Shown: piece by piece, positions 1 to 7,167 of the stretch | Layout of the letters: each line of letters begins with the position of its first letter | How positions within the stretch are numbered: the first letter of the stretch is position 1 | DNA from: a virus | Strand: one strand, 5' to 3' | IMG/VR virus record: IMGVR_UViG_3300048134_000195 | Location: 1 to 47,049 of that record | DNA length: 47,049 bases | Program-made: the position numbers and the translations under genes | Notes under the pieces: generated by a model | Databases searched by the model: none | What the model was told of the DNA's origin: nothing | What the model saw: the letters and a program-made list of their open reading frames with translations, nothing else

Positions 1-127
1 GACGACTCCTCGCCCGCAGCGCTTGTCGTTGACGTCCAGATGATCGAAGAGGTGGATTCCGAATTGGCAGCGACGATACTCAGGTACCACGATAAGGCCG
101 AGGAGGGCTTGCTCGGGTCGCCGACGT
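1..127. repeat. Terminal direct repeat copy 1 (127 bp, identical to 46923..47049)
   Basis: Base-by-base comparison with offset 46922 shows no mismatch. The repeat runs exactly to both window ends. Confidence 0.97.
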
Positions 128-285
128 CGACGACAGTCGACGATTACATCGAGACGCCTGGCGGTAATAAGGTCCACCCGAAGAACAAGAGCGCGTACTC
201 TGACGGTGGGTCGTATCGGAACGGTTCACTCTCGCATATGCCTGGATTCGGCGGCGACGACGAGGAGGATGATCCCGATGACTGA
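1..285 (+). CDS. 3' part of the junction-spanning gene (continuation of 45978..46922), ending ..GFGGDDEEDDPDD*
   Basis: Frame 1 is open from position 1 to TGA 283-285. It is the same frame as 45978..47049 once the 127-bp overlap is collapsed. The track shows only the internal-Met piece 40..285. Confidence 0.75.
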   Translation, partial: DDSSPAALVVDVQMIEEVDSELAATILRYHDKAEEGLLGSPTSTTVDDYIETPGGNKVHPKNKSAYSDGGSYRNGSLSHMPGFGGDDEEDDPDD

Positions 286-505
286 TACGCCCTCTGAGAA
301 GATGCCGAAACCGCTTCGTATTCAGTCAGCGCTTACCAGCACTGCCGAGGACGCCGATCTCTCGAAGCGCGAGCTCGTCGAGCGCGTTGCCCACCAGGAG
401 GAGGCTCCAGTCGAGGCTGTTCGCAACTCGCTGCACGAGCTCGTTCGTTCAGGTGAAGTGTATCTCGTCGGTGACGGCGATCAGGCGGAGGTGCGTCGGA
501 CGTGA
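278..505 (+). CDS. Small winged-helix-like protein (75 aa)
   Basis: Internal ATG 278 of track ORF 206..505, with an 8-nt overlap (atgactga) onto the upstream stop. SKRELVERV..VRNSLHELVRSGEVYLVG looks like a recognition helix plus wing. Confidence 0.6.
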   Translation: MTDTPSEKMPKPLRIQSALTSTAEDADLSKRELVERVAHQEEAPVEAVRNSLHELVRSGEVYLVGDGDQAEVRRT

Positions 506-720
506 CCACGGCAACGAGCGAGGACGAGCTGCCGGCCGCGGTGATCGATCATGCCGCGACGCCGACGCAGATCTACTGCCGGGACTGCATGCACGAGGCG
601 CTCGACTCCAGCAACCGCGAGGAGCTGTCCGTTGACCAGATCGGCGATGTCCTCATCTGCGACGGTGACGACTGCGGGGTCAACATCGCCACCACCGTGG
701 AGCGTGACCGCGATGACTGA
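502..720 (+). CDS. Cys-containing small protein (72 aa), putative zinc binding
   Basis: Track ORF with a GTG start overlapping the upstream stop (GTGA). Motifs YCRDC and ICDGDDC. Acidic composition. Confidence 0.6.
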   Translation: MTTATSEDELPAAVIDHAATPTQIYCRDCMHEALDSSNREELSVDQIGDVLICDGDDCGVNIATTVERDRDD

Positions 721-1504
721 CACCACCACCGACGAGAAAGAACAGCACCGCATCGGCACAATCAACCGCTTAGACCCACCCAAGGCAGACTGGGCGAGCC
801 AGTACGACTGGACGCGATACCGCGGCCCCCAAGCATACCCCGTCCCCGAGGACTGGGTGCTCGACGAGCCGGAGGGCAGCATCGTCGGCTGGCAGCACTT
901 CCCCGACGTCGGCGACGGCCACGCCACCGTCGACGACGTCTACGACGAGTTCGACACCGAGCATGAGACCTGGGAGGACTTCGAGGACGCCATCGAGGAG
1001 GCGCGTGGGGTGCGTGCGTTCCTGCGGAACGAGATTGTCGAGGACGGCTTCGACATGGACGTCATCCTCGAGCAGGAGTTGTCCATCGCGGGCGACACCG
1101 TGTTCCGGCGCGTCGACCCCAGCGACGCCGAGCTCTGGGCGCGCACCGCGGAAGCGCTCACGCGGTACGCCAGCGGCGAGACTGTCGCGGAGTTCGCTGA
1201 CGAGATCGGGTTCCAGAGTGGGCGGCTGCCCGAGGACCTCCAGGAGGAGCGCAAGCAGGAGCGGCGGCGCGAGGAGAACGCTGGTCTTGACGAGTTCGCT
1301 ACTGATGGCGGCCAGCCTGCGGAGTCCGGGCAGGCTCCCCATCGAGCGGACTGCGACAACCCGCTGTGCGAGCGTGGCTACGACTCGCGCGCCGGGATGG
1401 ACCACTGGTTTCAGGTCACCGAGTTCGCTCCGGACGAACTCAACGAGTGGGGGTACTGCTCGCGCGAATGCATGCTCGACCACCAGCCGGAGGTGAGCCG
1501 ATGA
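713..1504 (+). CDS. Acidic hypothetical protein (263 aa) with a C-terminal FCS-like zinc finger
   Basis: Internal ATG 713 of track ORF 551..1504, 8-nt overlap with the upstream stop. C-terminus is DCDNPLCERG..WGYCSRECMLDH. Confidence 0.65.
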   Translation: MTDTTTDEKEQHRIGTINRLDPPKADWASQYDWTRYRGPQAYPVPEDWVLDEPEGSIVGWQHFPDVGDGHATVDDVYDEFDTEHETWEDFEDAIEEARGVRAFLRNEIVEDGFDMDVILEQELSIAGDTVFRRVDPSDAELWARTAEALTRYASGETVAEFADEIGFQSGRLPEDLQEERKQERRREENAGLDEFATDGGQPAESGQAPHRADCDNPLCERGYDSRAGMDHWFQVTEFAPDELNEWGYCSRECMLDHQPEVSR

Positions 1505-2718
1505 GCCTCATCGGCACGTGCTCGGACTGTGGTGTGGGTGGCGTGAGTCTCCGGTACAAGCCCGGCGTCCCGGTCAACGAGCAGTCTCGGCCATCGGTCT
1601 GTGACCGCTGCCGGGACTTCCGTGAGGAGCAGGACACTCACTACGTCACCTGCGAGGAATGCGGCGACCGTGTCCCGTCGGAGCGTGCGAAGTCGCTTGA
1701 CGTGACCGCCGAAGACGAGTACTACCCCGAGTTCATCCACTTCTGCCCCACCTGCGGGCCGGAGGAGAACGATGACGAGCCCGAGTTAGTGACCGACGGC
1801 GGCCGTGCGGAAGAGGGACGGGGAGATAATCACGACGACGAGCGCCCCGAGGAGGTTGATGCGTTCGTCGACGCGTACGCCGACTACTGCCAGGCAGCCG
1901 ACGACAGCGTCGAGGCGTGCGAGACCGCGAACACGTACCTCTTCGACGAGTACGCAGCGAGCCACCTCACCAACCACCCCAGCCCGGACGCTCCCGATGG
2001 CCTGGAGGATCTGGCCGAGCTCCCGATTGGGTTCGATGAATCGCTCGACCCGGATACTGTCGGTCGGTACTTCGATCTGGCTGTCGCACGTCTACACAAT
2101 CGCGCCAGCACGGGCTCGTTCTACACGCCCGATACCATCGTCGAGTACATCGACAAGGAGACAATCCGCCCGAGGGTTCGCGATATCCTCGAAGAAGACG
2201 TCGGCGTCGACGTCTCCTGCGTGCCGGACTCCGACATCCCCATCGACGAACTCGCCGACGCGTGCAGTCCCGAGCAAGCCAGTGAAGCGCTCGGGGAGCT
2301 CGCATCGTGTTCGATTTGTGACCCGGCGTGTGGGAGCGGCCAGTTCCTCGTCCAGGCCGTCGACGAAGTCGCCTCAATTCGACACGCGCTCGCCGACCGG
2401 ACTGACGCCGACGTCCACCACGCGGCGCACGTCTGGGCGGCCACACACACCGTCTACGGCGTCGACCTCGTCCCCGAGACGGTGCGGATGGCGCGCCTAC
2501 GCGTCAAACTCCGCGTCATCGACGCACTTCCCGCCGGCGCTCCCCAGGAAGTCCTCGAGGAGGACCTGCCGCGGATTCGTGAGGGGCGGCATCTGGAGCA
2601 TCAGATCAAGCACGGCAACAGCCTCATCGGCATCACTGATATGGAGAAACTCGAAGACGCACTGAGCGAGGATGAACCGAGTGGGCAGACGACGCTCGCC
2701 GGAGGTGACTGGGCATGA
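1501..2718 (+). CDS. Zn-ribbon N-terminus fused to a methyltransferase-like SAM-binding half with no catalytic NPPY motif (405 aa)
   Basis: ATG 1501 overlaps the upstream stop (ATGA). Four Cys pairs (CSDC, CDRC, CEEC, CPTC). Motifs GSFYTPDTIVEYI, CDPACGSGQFLV, YGVDLVPETVRMARL and IKHGNSLIG, then the protein ends. Confidence 0.7.
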   Translation: MSLIGTCSDCGVGGVSLRYKPGVPVNEQSRPSVCDRCRDFREEQDTHYVTCEECGDRVPSERAKSLDVTAEDEYYPEFIHFCPTCGPEENDDEPELVTDGGRAEEGRGDNHDDERPEEVDAFVDAYADYCQAADDSVEACETANTYLFDEYAASHLTNHPSPDAPDGLEDLAELPIGFDESLDPDTVGRYFDLAVARLHNRASTGSFYTPDTIVEYIDKETIRPRVRDILEEDVGVDVSCVPDSDIPIDELADACSPEQASEALGELASCSICDPACGSGQFLVQAVDEVASIRHALADRTDADVHHAAHVWAATHTVYGVDLVPETVRMARLRVKLRVIDALPAGAPQEVLEEDLPRIREGRHLEHQIKHGNSLIGITDMEKLEDALSEDEPSGQTTLAGGDWA

Positions 2719-3608
2719 GCACGCCCGAGTTCACCCGGGAGGACGACGGTGAGACGCGTGCGCTGAACCGTGGGGCGTCGGCGCTCCAGGAGTTCCTCGA
2801 CGTCTTCGGCGAGGGCGGGATCACCGAGCAGGATCGCGCGCACATGCAGAAGCTCGTGGACCGCGGCGGCCACGAGAACAAAGTCTCCCGGCGGTTGTGC
2901 GCGGAGATTCGCCGGAAGCGCCACTGCGGGCAGGGCTCCCCAGATGTCGCCGAGGAGATCCCCTTCGAGATTTCGACGTCCTCGGTCGTCTACCATGCTG
3001 GGGGGCGCTGCCAGCACTACACGGACATCCCCGCGGTCACCGGGAACGGCCGCGTCACCCAAATCCTGTGTGGCGTGATGCGGCAAGCCCGCTGGCAGGG
3101 ACTTCCCCCGAAGGCGATTGCGTGGGCGGTCCCCTGCGAGATCGACCGCGGCAGCGTGAGCTACCACACGATTGGAGACTGCACGCACGAGACCGACGTG
3201 CCACCCTTCTCCCGGCGGACTGTCTCGGCGAGTGACTGCCGGGACTGGCGGGCGCGCGTCGGCGATGAGACGATGGGGGAGATCGCGCGGCGGACGCCGT
3301 GGTCGTACACGACGGTCGCGTCCCACGTTGAGGGACACTGCAACCACGACCACGAAACCGACAGCGAGTCGGAGTCGGTGTCGGCGGGTGTGGGTCGTGA
3401 GCAGTGTCGGGCGTGGCGGCGTATCGTCCGCGAGCAGCTCCGCGACCCGGAGGGGGTTGCGGAGGATGGTGGGTTCGATGAGGAGCTGGTGCGGCGGCAC
3501 GTCACGGGGGCGTGCGAGCACGGGTTCGACATCATCGAGGAGATGCCGCTTCGGTACAACGGGATGGAGTGGGTGCCGCTGGAGGATTTGCTGGGGGTGG
3601 ACGGCTGA
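2715..3608 (+). CDS. Cys/His-rich protein (297 aa) with four HxxGxCxH repeats
   Basis: Track ORF, ATGA overlap with the upstream gene. Repeats are YHAGGRCQH, YHTIGDCTH, SHVEGHCNH and RHVTGACEH. Two are preceded by CRxWR and an HTH-like stretch. Confidence 0.65.
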   Translation: MSTPEFTREDDGETRALNRGASALQEFLDVFGEGGITEQDRAHMQKLVDRGGHENKVSRRLCAEIRRKRHCGQGSPDVAEEIPFEISTSSVVYHAGGRCQHYTDIPAVTGNGRVTQILCGVMRQARWQGLPPKAIAWAVPCEIDRGSVSYHTIGDCTHETDVPPFSRRTVSASDCRDWRARVGDETMGEIARRTPWSYTTVASHVEGHCNHDHETDSESESVSAGVGREQCRAWRRIVREQLRDPEGVAEDGGFDEELVRRHVTGACEHGFDIIEEMPLRYNGMEWVPLEDLLGVDG

Positions 3609-4045
3609 TGTCCGACCCAGCAACTGACAGCGAGGACTGCGGCCGTGCAATCGTTCACGAAGTCACGAAGGGCGAGATTAGCCACGACGGCGGCGAAGTC
3701 ACCTGTCCCGCCTGCGAGTACGCGACGCCAATCCCGGACCCGAACCGGCGGCGTCTGTCCTTCGACTGTGAGCACTGCGACGCGACGCTCCGGCTCACCA
3801 TTCACGCGCTCACCGACGAGATGTTCGAGCACGACCGCGACGAGATTCGCCGTCTCCAGAACGACGTGGGGATGCTCGCCGACCGCGTGCGGAGCGAGCA
3901 CCCCGCGCTGGCTGGCTATCTCGAAGGCATCCACGAGGACCTGCGCGAAGCCGAGCGGATGCTTCTCGCGGATTGTGCCGACGCAAACAGCGACGACGGC
4001 GACAGTTGCGCCGACGCAAACCGAGGTGAGGACGGTGGCGAGTGA
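3608..4045 (+). CDS. Zn-ribbon plus coiled-coil protein (145 aa)
   Basis: Internal ATG 3608 of track ORF 3512..4045 overlapping the upstream TGA. Motifs CPAC..CEHC. Repeated peptide CADAN x2. Confidence 0.6.
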   Translation: MSDPATDSEDCGRAIVHEVTKGEISHDGGEVTCPACEYATPIPDPNRRRLSFDCEHCDATLRLTIHALTDEMFEHDRDEIRRLQNDVGMLADRVRSEHPALAGYLEGIHEDLREAERMLLADCADANSDDGDSCADANRGEDGGE

Positions 4046-4175
4046 GCAATTCGACCGCGAGACCTGCCCGAACTGCGGGACCGAGGATACGCGCCACGAC
4101 CTTGGTCAGGATGGATTTGACGAGTATCGCTGTAAAAACGGAAATTGCCGCGTGGAGGTGTTTCGGGTTGAGTGA
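4035..4175 (+). CDS. Small Zn-ribbon protein (46 aa, GTG start; alternative GTG 4026)
   Basis: Below the track size cutoff as a stand-alone ORF. It is the C-terminal piece of track ORF 3645..4175: ASEQFDRETCPNCG..YRCKNGNCRVEVFRVE*. Confidence 0.5.
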   Translation: MASEQFDRETCPNCGTEDTRHDLGQDGFDEYRCKNGNCRVEVFRVE

Positions 4176-4794
4176 TAGATACGACCGCGATGGTCCGCAG
4201 TCTCTCGGAGATGTCTCGCTGGACGCCGTTGAGGATGCGGTCTTCGAGATTCGCCAGCGCGCCGAGTTCGTCGGGTGGACGGACTACGAGCGCGAACAGC
4301 AGTACCACGCGCTCGCGGACCATCTCCTCGACGCGAAACAGGAGTGGCCGGTCGGCGTCGGTGCCGTCCTGTATGGCCTAGACGGCGACGAGGAGTCCCG
4401 CGACCTCTGGCACGTCACCGACCGATTCGCCAGCGTCGACGGCAGCACGAAGCTCGTCACGCTCTGGGATGGCACCCACACCTCGCGCCGGTACGTGCGT
4501 GCCGAGGACCTCCTCGCGGACTACACTCCCGCGGGCTGGTCGTGGCCGACCGGGAAGAAGCCGCTCTACCACCTCACGCGTGAGTGCGGTGCTGACGACC
4601 GTGCCGACCTTATGACCGACGGCGGTGGCGCGTGCTCGTCGTGCGGCGGCCAGATTATCGATGCGTACGAGCTCCCGGGCGGCGACGTGGTGCACGCTGA
4701 CGACGTCGCGTTTAGCGACGGGCCGATGGGTGTCTCCGCGATTGAGGTCTGCCGGCAGTGTGGGGCTCAGGTGGAGGTCGATGGCGATGCCTGA
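4168..4794 (+). CDS. Hypothetical protein (208 aa; TTG start in TTGAGTGA overlap, alternative ATG 4111)
   Basis: Acidic, coding-looking part of track ORF 4042..4794 begins at ..LSDRYDRDG. C-terminal CSSCGG..CRQCG. Confidence 0.55.
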   Translation: MSDRYDRDGPQSLGDVSLDAVEDAVFEIRQRAEFVGWTDYEREQQYHALADHLLDAKQEWPVGVGAVLYGLDGDEESRDLWHVTDRFASVDGSTKLVTLWDGTHTSRRYVRAEDLLADYTPAGWSWPTGKKPLYHLTRECGADDRADLMTDGGGACSSCGGQIIDAYELPGGDVVHADDVAFSDGPMGVSAIEVCRQCGAQVEVDGDA

Positions 4795-5065
4795 GAGCGT
4801 CGACACCCGGGGCGTTCCCGATAGTCTCGAGTTCCTGCCTGGTGAGGGGAGTCGCGAGAATCAGGTCTACGAGTGCCTGGGGTGTGGCGACCGCGTGATC
4901 GGGACAGGGAACGCAGTCCGGCACACGGGCTGTCCGGTCCCCGGAACGTGCCCCGTCTGTGACTCCCCACGCGGCCGCGTCGACGTCGCGACGAACGGCG
5001 GGCGGGTGGACGTCTGCGAGTGTGGGACGCCGTTCGTGGAACACATCGACGGAGGGGTGACCTAG
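4787..5065 (+). CDS. Cys-rich small protein (92 aa)
   Basis: Internal ATG (4781 or 4787) of track ORF 4625..5065, overlapping the upstream stop. Motifs CLGCGD, CPVC, CECG. Confidence 0.6.
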   Translation: MPESVDTRGVPDSLEFLPGEGSRENQVYECLGCGDRVIGTGNAVRHTGCPVPGTCPVCDSPRGRVDVATNGGRVDVCECGTPFVEHIDGGVT

Positions 5066-5066
5066 C

Positions 5067-5279
5067 GTGGACGACGTGGAGGGGTTGTCGGCGTCGGCTG
5101 TCCTCGTGCTGCAGGCTGTTCGCGAGGACGGCCCCGTTACTCGCCGAGAGTTGAACGAGGAGGTGTCGGTCGCCGACCGCACCGTCGGGAAGGCCTTGGT
5201 GCGGCTGCGCGACGAGGGCCTAGTCGAGCGCCGGCCGAACCCCGCGGATGCACGCGGGTATCTCTACGAGTCCCGGTAG
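5067..5279 (+). CDS. MarR/ArsR-like winged-helix regulator (70 aa)
   Basis: Track ORF. LSASAVLVLQAVREDGPVTRRELNEEVSVADRTVGKALVRLRDEGLVERR is a typical wHTH pattern. Confidence 0.7.
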   Translation: MDDVEGLSASAVLVLQAVREDGPVTRRELNEEVSVADRTVGKALVRLRDEGLVERRPNPADARGYLYESR

Positions 5280-5281
5280 GA

Positions 5282-5306
5282 TTTTGCCGTCAAATCGACG
5301 GCAAAA
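5282..5306 (+). terminator. Perfect 10-bp stem / 5-nt loop hairpin 3 nt after the stop of 5067..5279
   Basis: ttttgccgtc aaatc gacggcaaaa, with T/A runs on both arms. Confidence 0.5.
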
Positions 5307-5312
5307 GTACTA

Positions 5313-5322
5313 GTTAAGTAAC
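5313..5322 (+). promoter_or_regulatory. TATA-like promoter element GTTAAGTAAC (copy 1)
   Basis: AT-rich 10-mer in an intergenic region. An identical 10-mer lies at 40850..40859, about 28 nt upstream of ATG 40882. Confidence 0.5.
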
Positions 5323-5359
5323 TCCCGGGCGGTGGTTTCACGCAAGCACGCACGAGCGC

Positions 5360-6118
5360 GTGCCAGCACTTCTGGTCCTCGATCATCTCGAGGGCTACCC
5401 GATAGCCATGTCCATCGCCACCAACTCCTCAGACTACTGGCTCCGCAGTCAGACGTACGACTGCGAGCACGACCCCTGCGAGGGCGTTCGCACCCGCCGG
5501 GGGTCTGTTGAAGGGTCGTACTGTAGCCACGAATGCTACCTCCGAGCGCAAGGACAGGCGCTCCTCAACATCATCAAGCACGACCACCGCTACTGCTATA
5601 CGTGCTTCCGCCGCCTGAAAGACGTCCACCGGCCGGACGACGAGTGGCAGGGACGGAAAACGCAGCCCGTGGAGATCGCGCTCGACCAGGGCGCCGAATT
5701 CGCCTCGGGGCCCGACGGCTCGCTCGAACTGGATGCGTCCGAGTGCGTCTACCGGAAGGCAATCGACCCGGAGTCGGTCATCGGCTTCCAGCACTGGAGC
5801 GAACACGCAACCCGCGGTGAGGTCCGCGTCGAACGCCCCGACGGCGTCCCGGATGACACGCGCATGGGGCTCGTCTGTACGTGCGGGCAGACGAATCACG
5901 CGGACCGCGACGACATCATCCAGGGCGCGGACATCAAGGCCGTCGTTGAACACCTCCATGCGACACTCGAAACACTCCGCGAGGAAGGCCAACACTCTAC
6001 CCACGTGGACTTTGACGCGCTCGTCGACGTCCTGTACGCGCAGTACCAGCACGACACTGGGTATGACTTCCCGGTCGCGGTTGGCATCGCCGCTGAAGCT
6101 GGTGATCGTGATGCCTGA
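5360..6118 (+). CDS. Cys/His-rich protein with an N-terminal FCS-like zinc finger (252 aa; alternative ATG 5408)
   Basis: Track ORF (GTG start). Motifs YDCEHDPCEG..SYCSHECYLR, YCYTCF and CTCG. Confidence 0.6.
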   Translation: MPALLVLDHLEGYPIAMSIATNSSDYWLRSQTYDCEHDPCEGVRTRRGSVEGSYCSHECYLRAQGQALLNIIKHDHRYCYTCFRRLKDVHRPDDEWQGRKTQPVEIALDQGAEFASGPDGSLELDASECVYRKAIDPESVIGFQHWSEHATRGEVRVERPDGVPDDTRMGLVCTCGQTNHADRDDIIQGADIKAVVEHLHATLETLREEGQHSTHVDFDALVDVLYAQYQHDTGYDFPVAVGIAAEAGDRDA

Positions 6119-6299
6119 GCTCTCGGAGGAGACGATCGTCACCGCACGGATCGCCGGCAAGGTGGTCCCCGGCATGGTCGTCGACACGGCGGGCACCGAA
6201 GCGGCGTACGGCCCCGGCCCGGAGGATGTCCTGATCGTCGAGGTGCCGGGTGCGGGGACGTACCGCGTCCGGGAGTCCGACATCACGGCACCGACGTAG
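6111..6299 (+). CDS. Hypothetical small protein (62 aa)
   Basis: Internal ATG 6111 of track ORF 5733..6299, 8-nt overlap with the upstream stop. Sequence MPELSEETIVTARIAGKVVPG... Confidence 0.5.
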   Translation: MPELSEETIVTARIAGKVVPGMVVDTAGTEAAYGPGPEDVLIVEVPGAGTYRVRESDITAPT

Positions 6300-6324
6300 C
6301 CCAGTCCCGATGACCTGATGATAC

Positions 6325-6540
6325 CGCCCAGTGTGGGCGTCGAGGCGAGGGACTGTATCGAGCAAGGAACGTCTCCGGCTGTCGATAGGGACCAACGACG
6401 GCATACACGTCGGCCGCCCCACGTGGGGAGACTGCCTCGTGGATAACACGAGTCCTCCCCATGTGGGGGCGGCCATTTGCGTCTGTTCTCCCAGCCTCGC
6501 CCCCACCCAGGGTGGGCGTCGACGTCACGGTCGAGCGAGG
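6325..6540. repeat. Cluster of GC-rich palindromes and direct repeats in a non-coding gap
   Basis: cgcccagtgtgggcg at 6325-6339. Composite hairpin at 6412-6474. cgcccccacccagggtgggcg at 6498-6518. Direct repeat gtgggcgtcga at 6333-6343 and 6512-6522. Confidence 0.8.
6412..6474. repeat. Long composite hairpin: 19-bp outer stem (one bulge, one G-T) enclosing a 6-bp stem with a GATAA loop
   Basis: ggccgccccacgtggggag (6412-6430) pairs with ctccccatgtgggggcggcc (6455-6474). Inner stem is ctcgtg (6436-6441) with cacgag (6447-6452). Confidence 0.8.
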
Positions 6541-6607
6541 CCCTCTGAATCATGCAGTACTCGCATCGATTCGCCAGCTACCGGCGCTGTCTGGCTATGA
6601 ATGTATC

Positions 6608-6931
6608 ATGAGCACCGACTCAGTCAATCGCCCCTGGTACTGCCGGGACGACCTGGTCGACGAGTATCGTACGACGCTGACAACTGGCGGTGAGAAGTTG
6701 CCGATGCTCAAAGCCCTCAAAATCCTTCGCGCGATCATCGTCAACCTCGGTCTCCTGGCACTCTCCGGGTACGCCATCCAGCAAGGCGGCCACCCCACCG
6801 TCCTCGGGTTCGTCTCGATCATGGTGATCGGCGCGTACAACGGCCTCGAGCTTGGCGACTATCTCGCACTCGTCCAGGCGTACCAAGAAGTCCAAGCCCT
6901 CGATCCCAGCGATGGAGGCGACGACGAATGA
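6608..6931 (+). CDS. Membrane protein, two predicted TM helices (107 aa)
   Basis: Internal ATG 6608 of track ORF 6461..6931. Hydrophobic stretches ILRAIIVNLGLLALSGYAI and TVLGFVSIMVIGAYNGL. Confidence 0.6.
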   Translation: MSTDSVNRPWYCRDDLVDEYRTTLTTGGEKLPMLKALKILRAIIVNLGLLALSGYAIQQGGHPTVLGFVSIMVIGAYNGLELGDYLALVQAYQEVQALDPSDGGDDE

Positions 6932-7167
6932 CCCCCTCGCGAGTCATTCGCACCGCCGTCGCGGGCCTCGTCATCCTCGCGTTCTTCGGGACGTGGCTCG
7001 CGATGGAGTGGACGGGTCGCGAGCCCGACACGATCATCCTGCTGGGCGCTGCCGCAATCGTCCTCGGCGCCGGCTACCACCTCTGGGATAGCGCGATGGA
7101 CGAAGGGGTCGACGCGGTCAACGACCTCCAAGAGGGCGGCGACAACAGCGACGACACTGACTCATGA
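6928..7167 (+). CDS. Small membrane protein, two TM helices plus an acidic tail (79 aa)
   Basis: Track ORF with ATGA overlap. Stretches AVAGLVILAFFGTWLAMEW and IILLGAAAIVLGAGYHLW. C-terminus is DLQEGGDNSDDTDS. Confidence 0.6.
   Translation: MTPSRVIRTAVAGLVILAFFGTWLAMEWTGREPDTIILLGAAAIVLGAGYHLWDSAMDEGVDAVNDLQEGGDNSDDTDS

Noticed and set aside
1-127. The 127-bp repeat as a genuine physical direct terminal repeat of the virion DNA.
   Set aside because: The length equals a standard maximal assembler k-mer, the repeat falls in the middle of an intact gene, and HNH-terS-terL suggests cos ends. This is not fully excluded, so it is kept as a check in the findings.
6283-6600. Track ORFs 6331..6600 (+), 6283..6528 (-) and the N-terminal part of 6461..6931 (+) in the palindrome cluster.
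   Set aside because: The translations are dominated by the palindromes themselves (runs of G/P/R/W). The ORFs lack coupling to neighbours. The membrane-protein gene has a good internal ATG at 6608.
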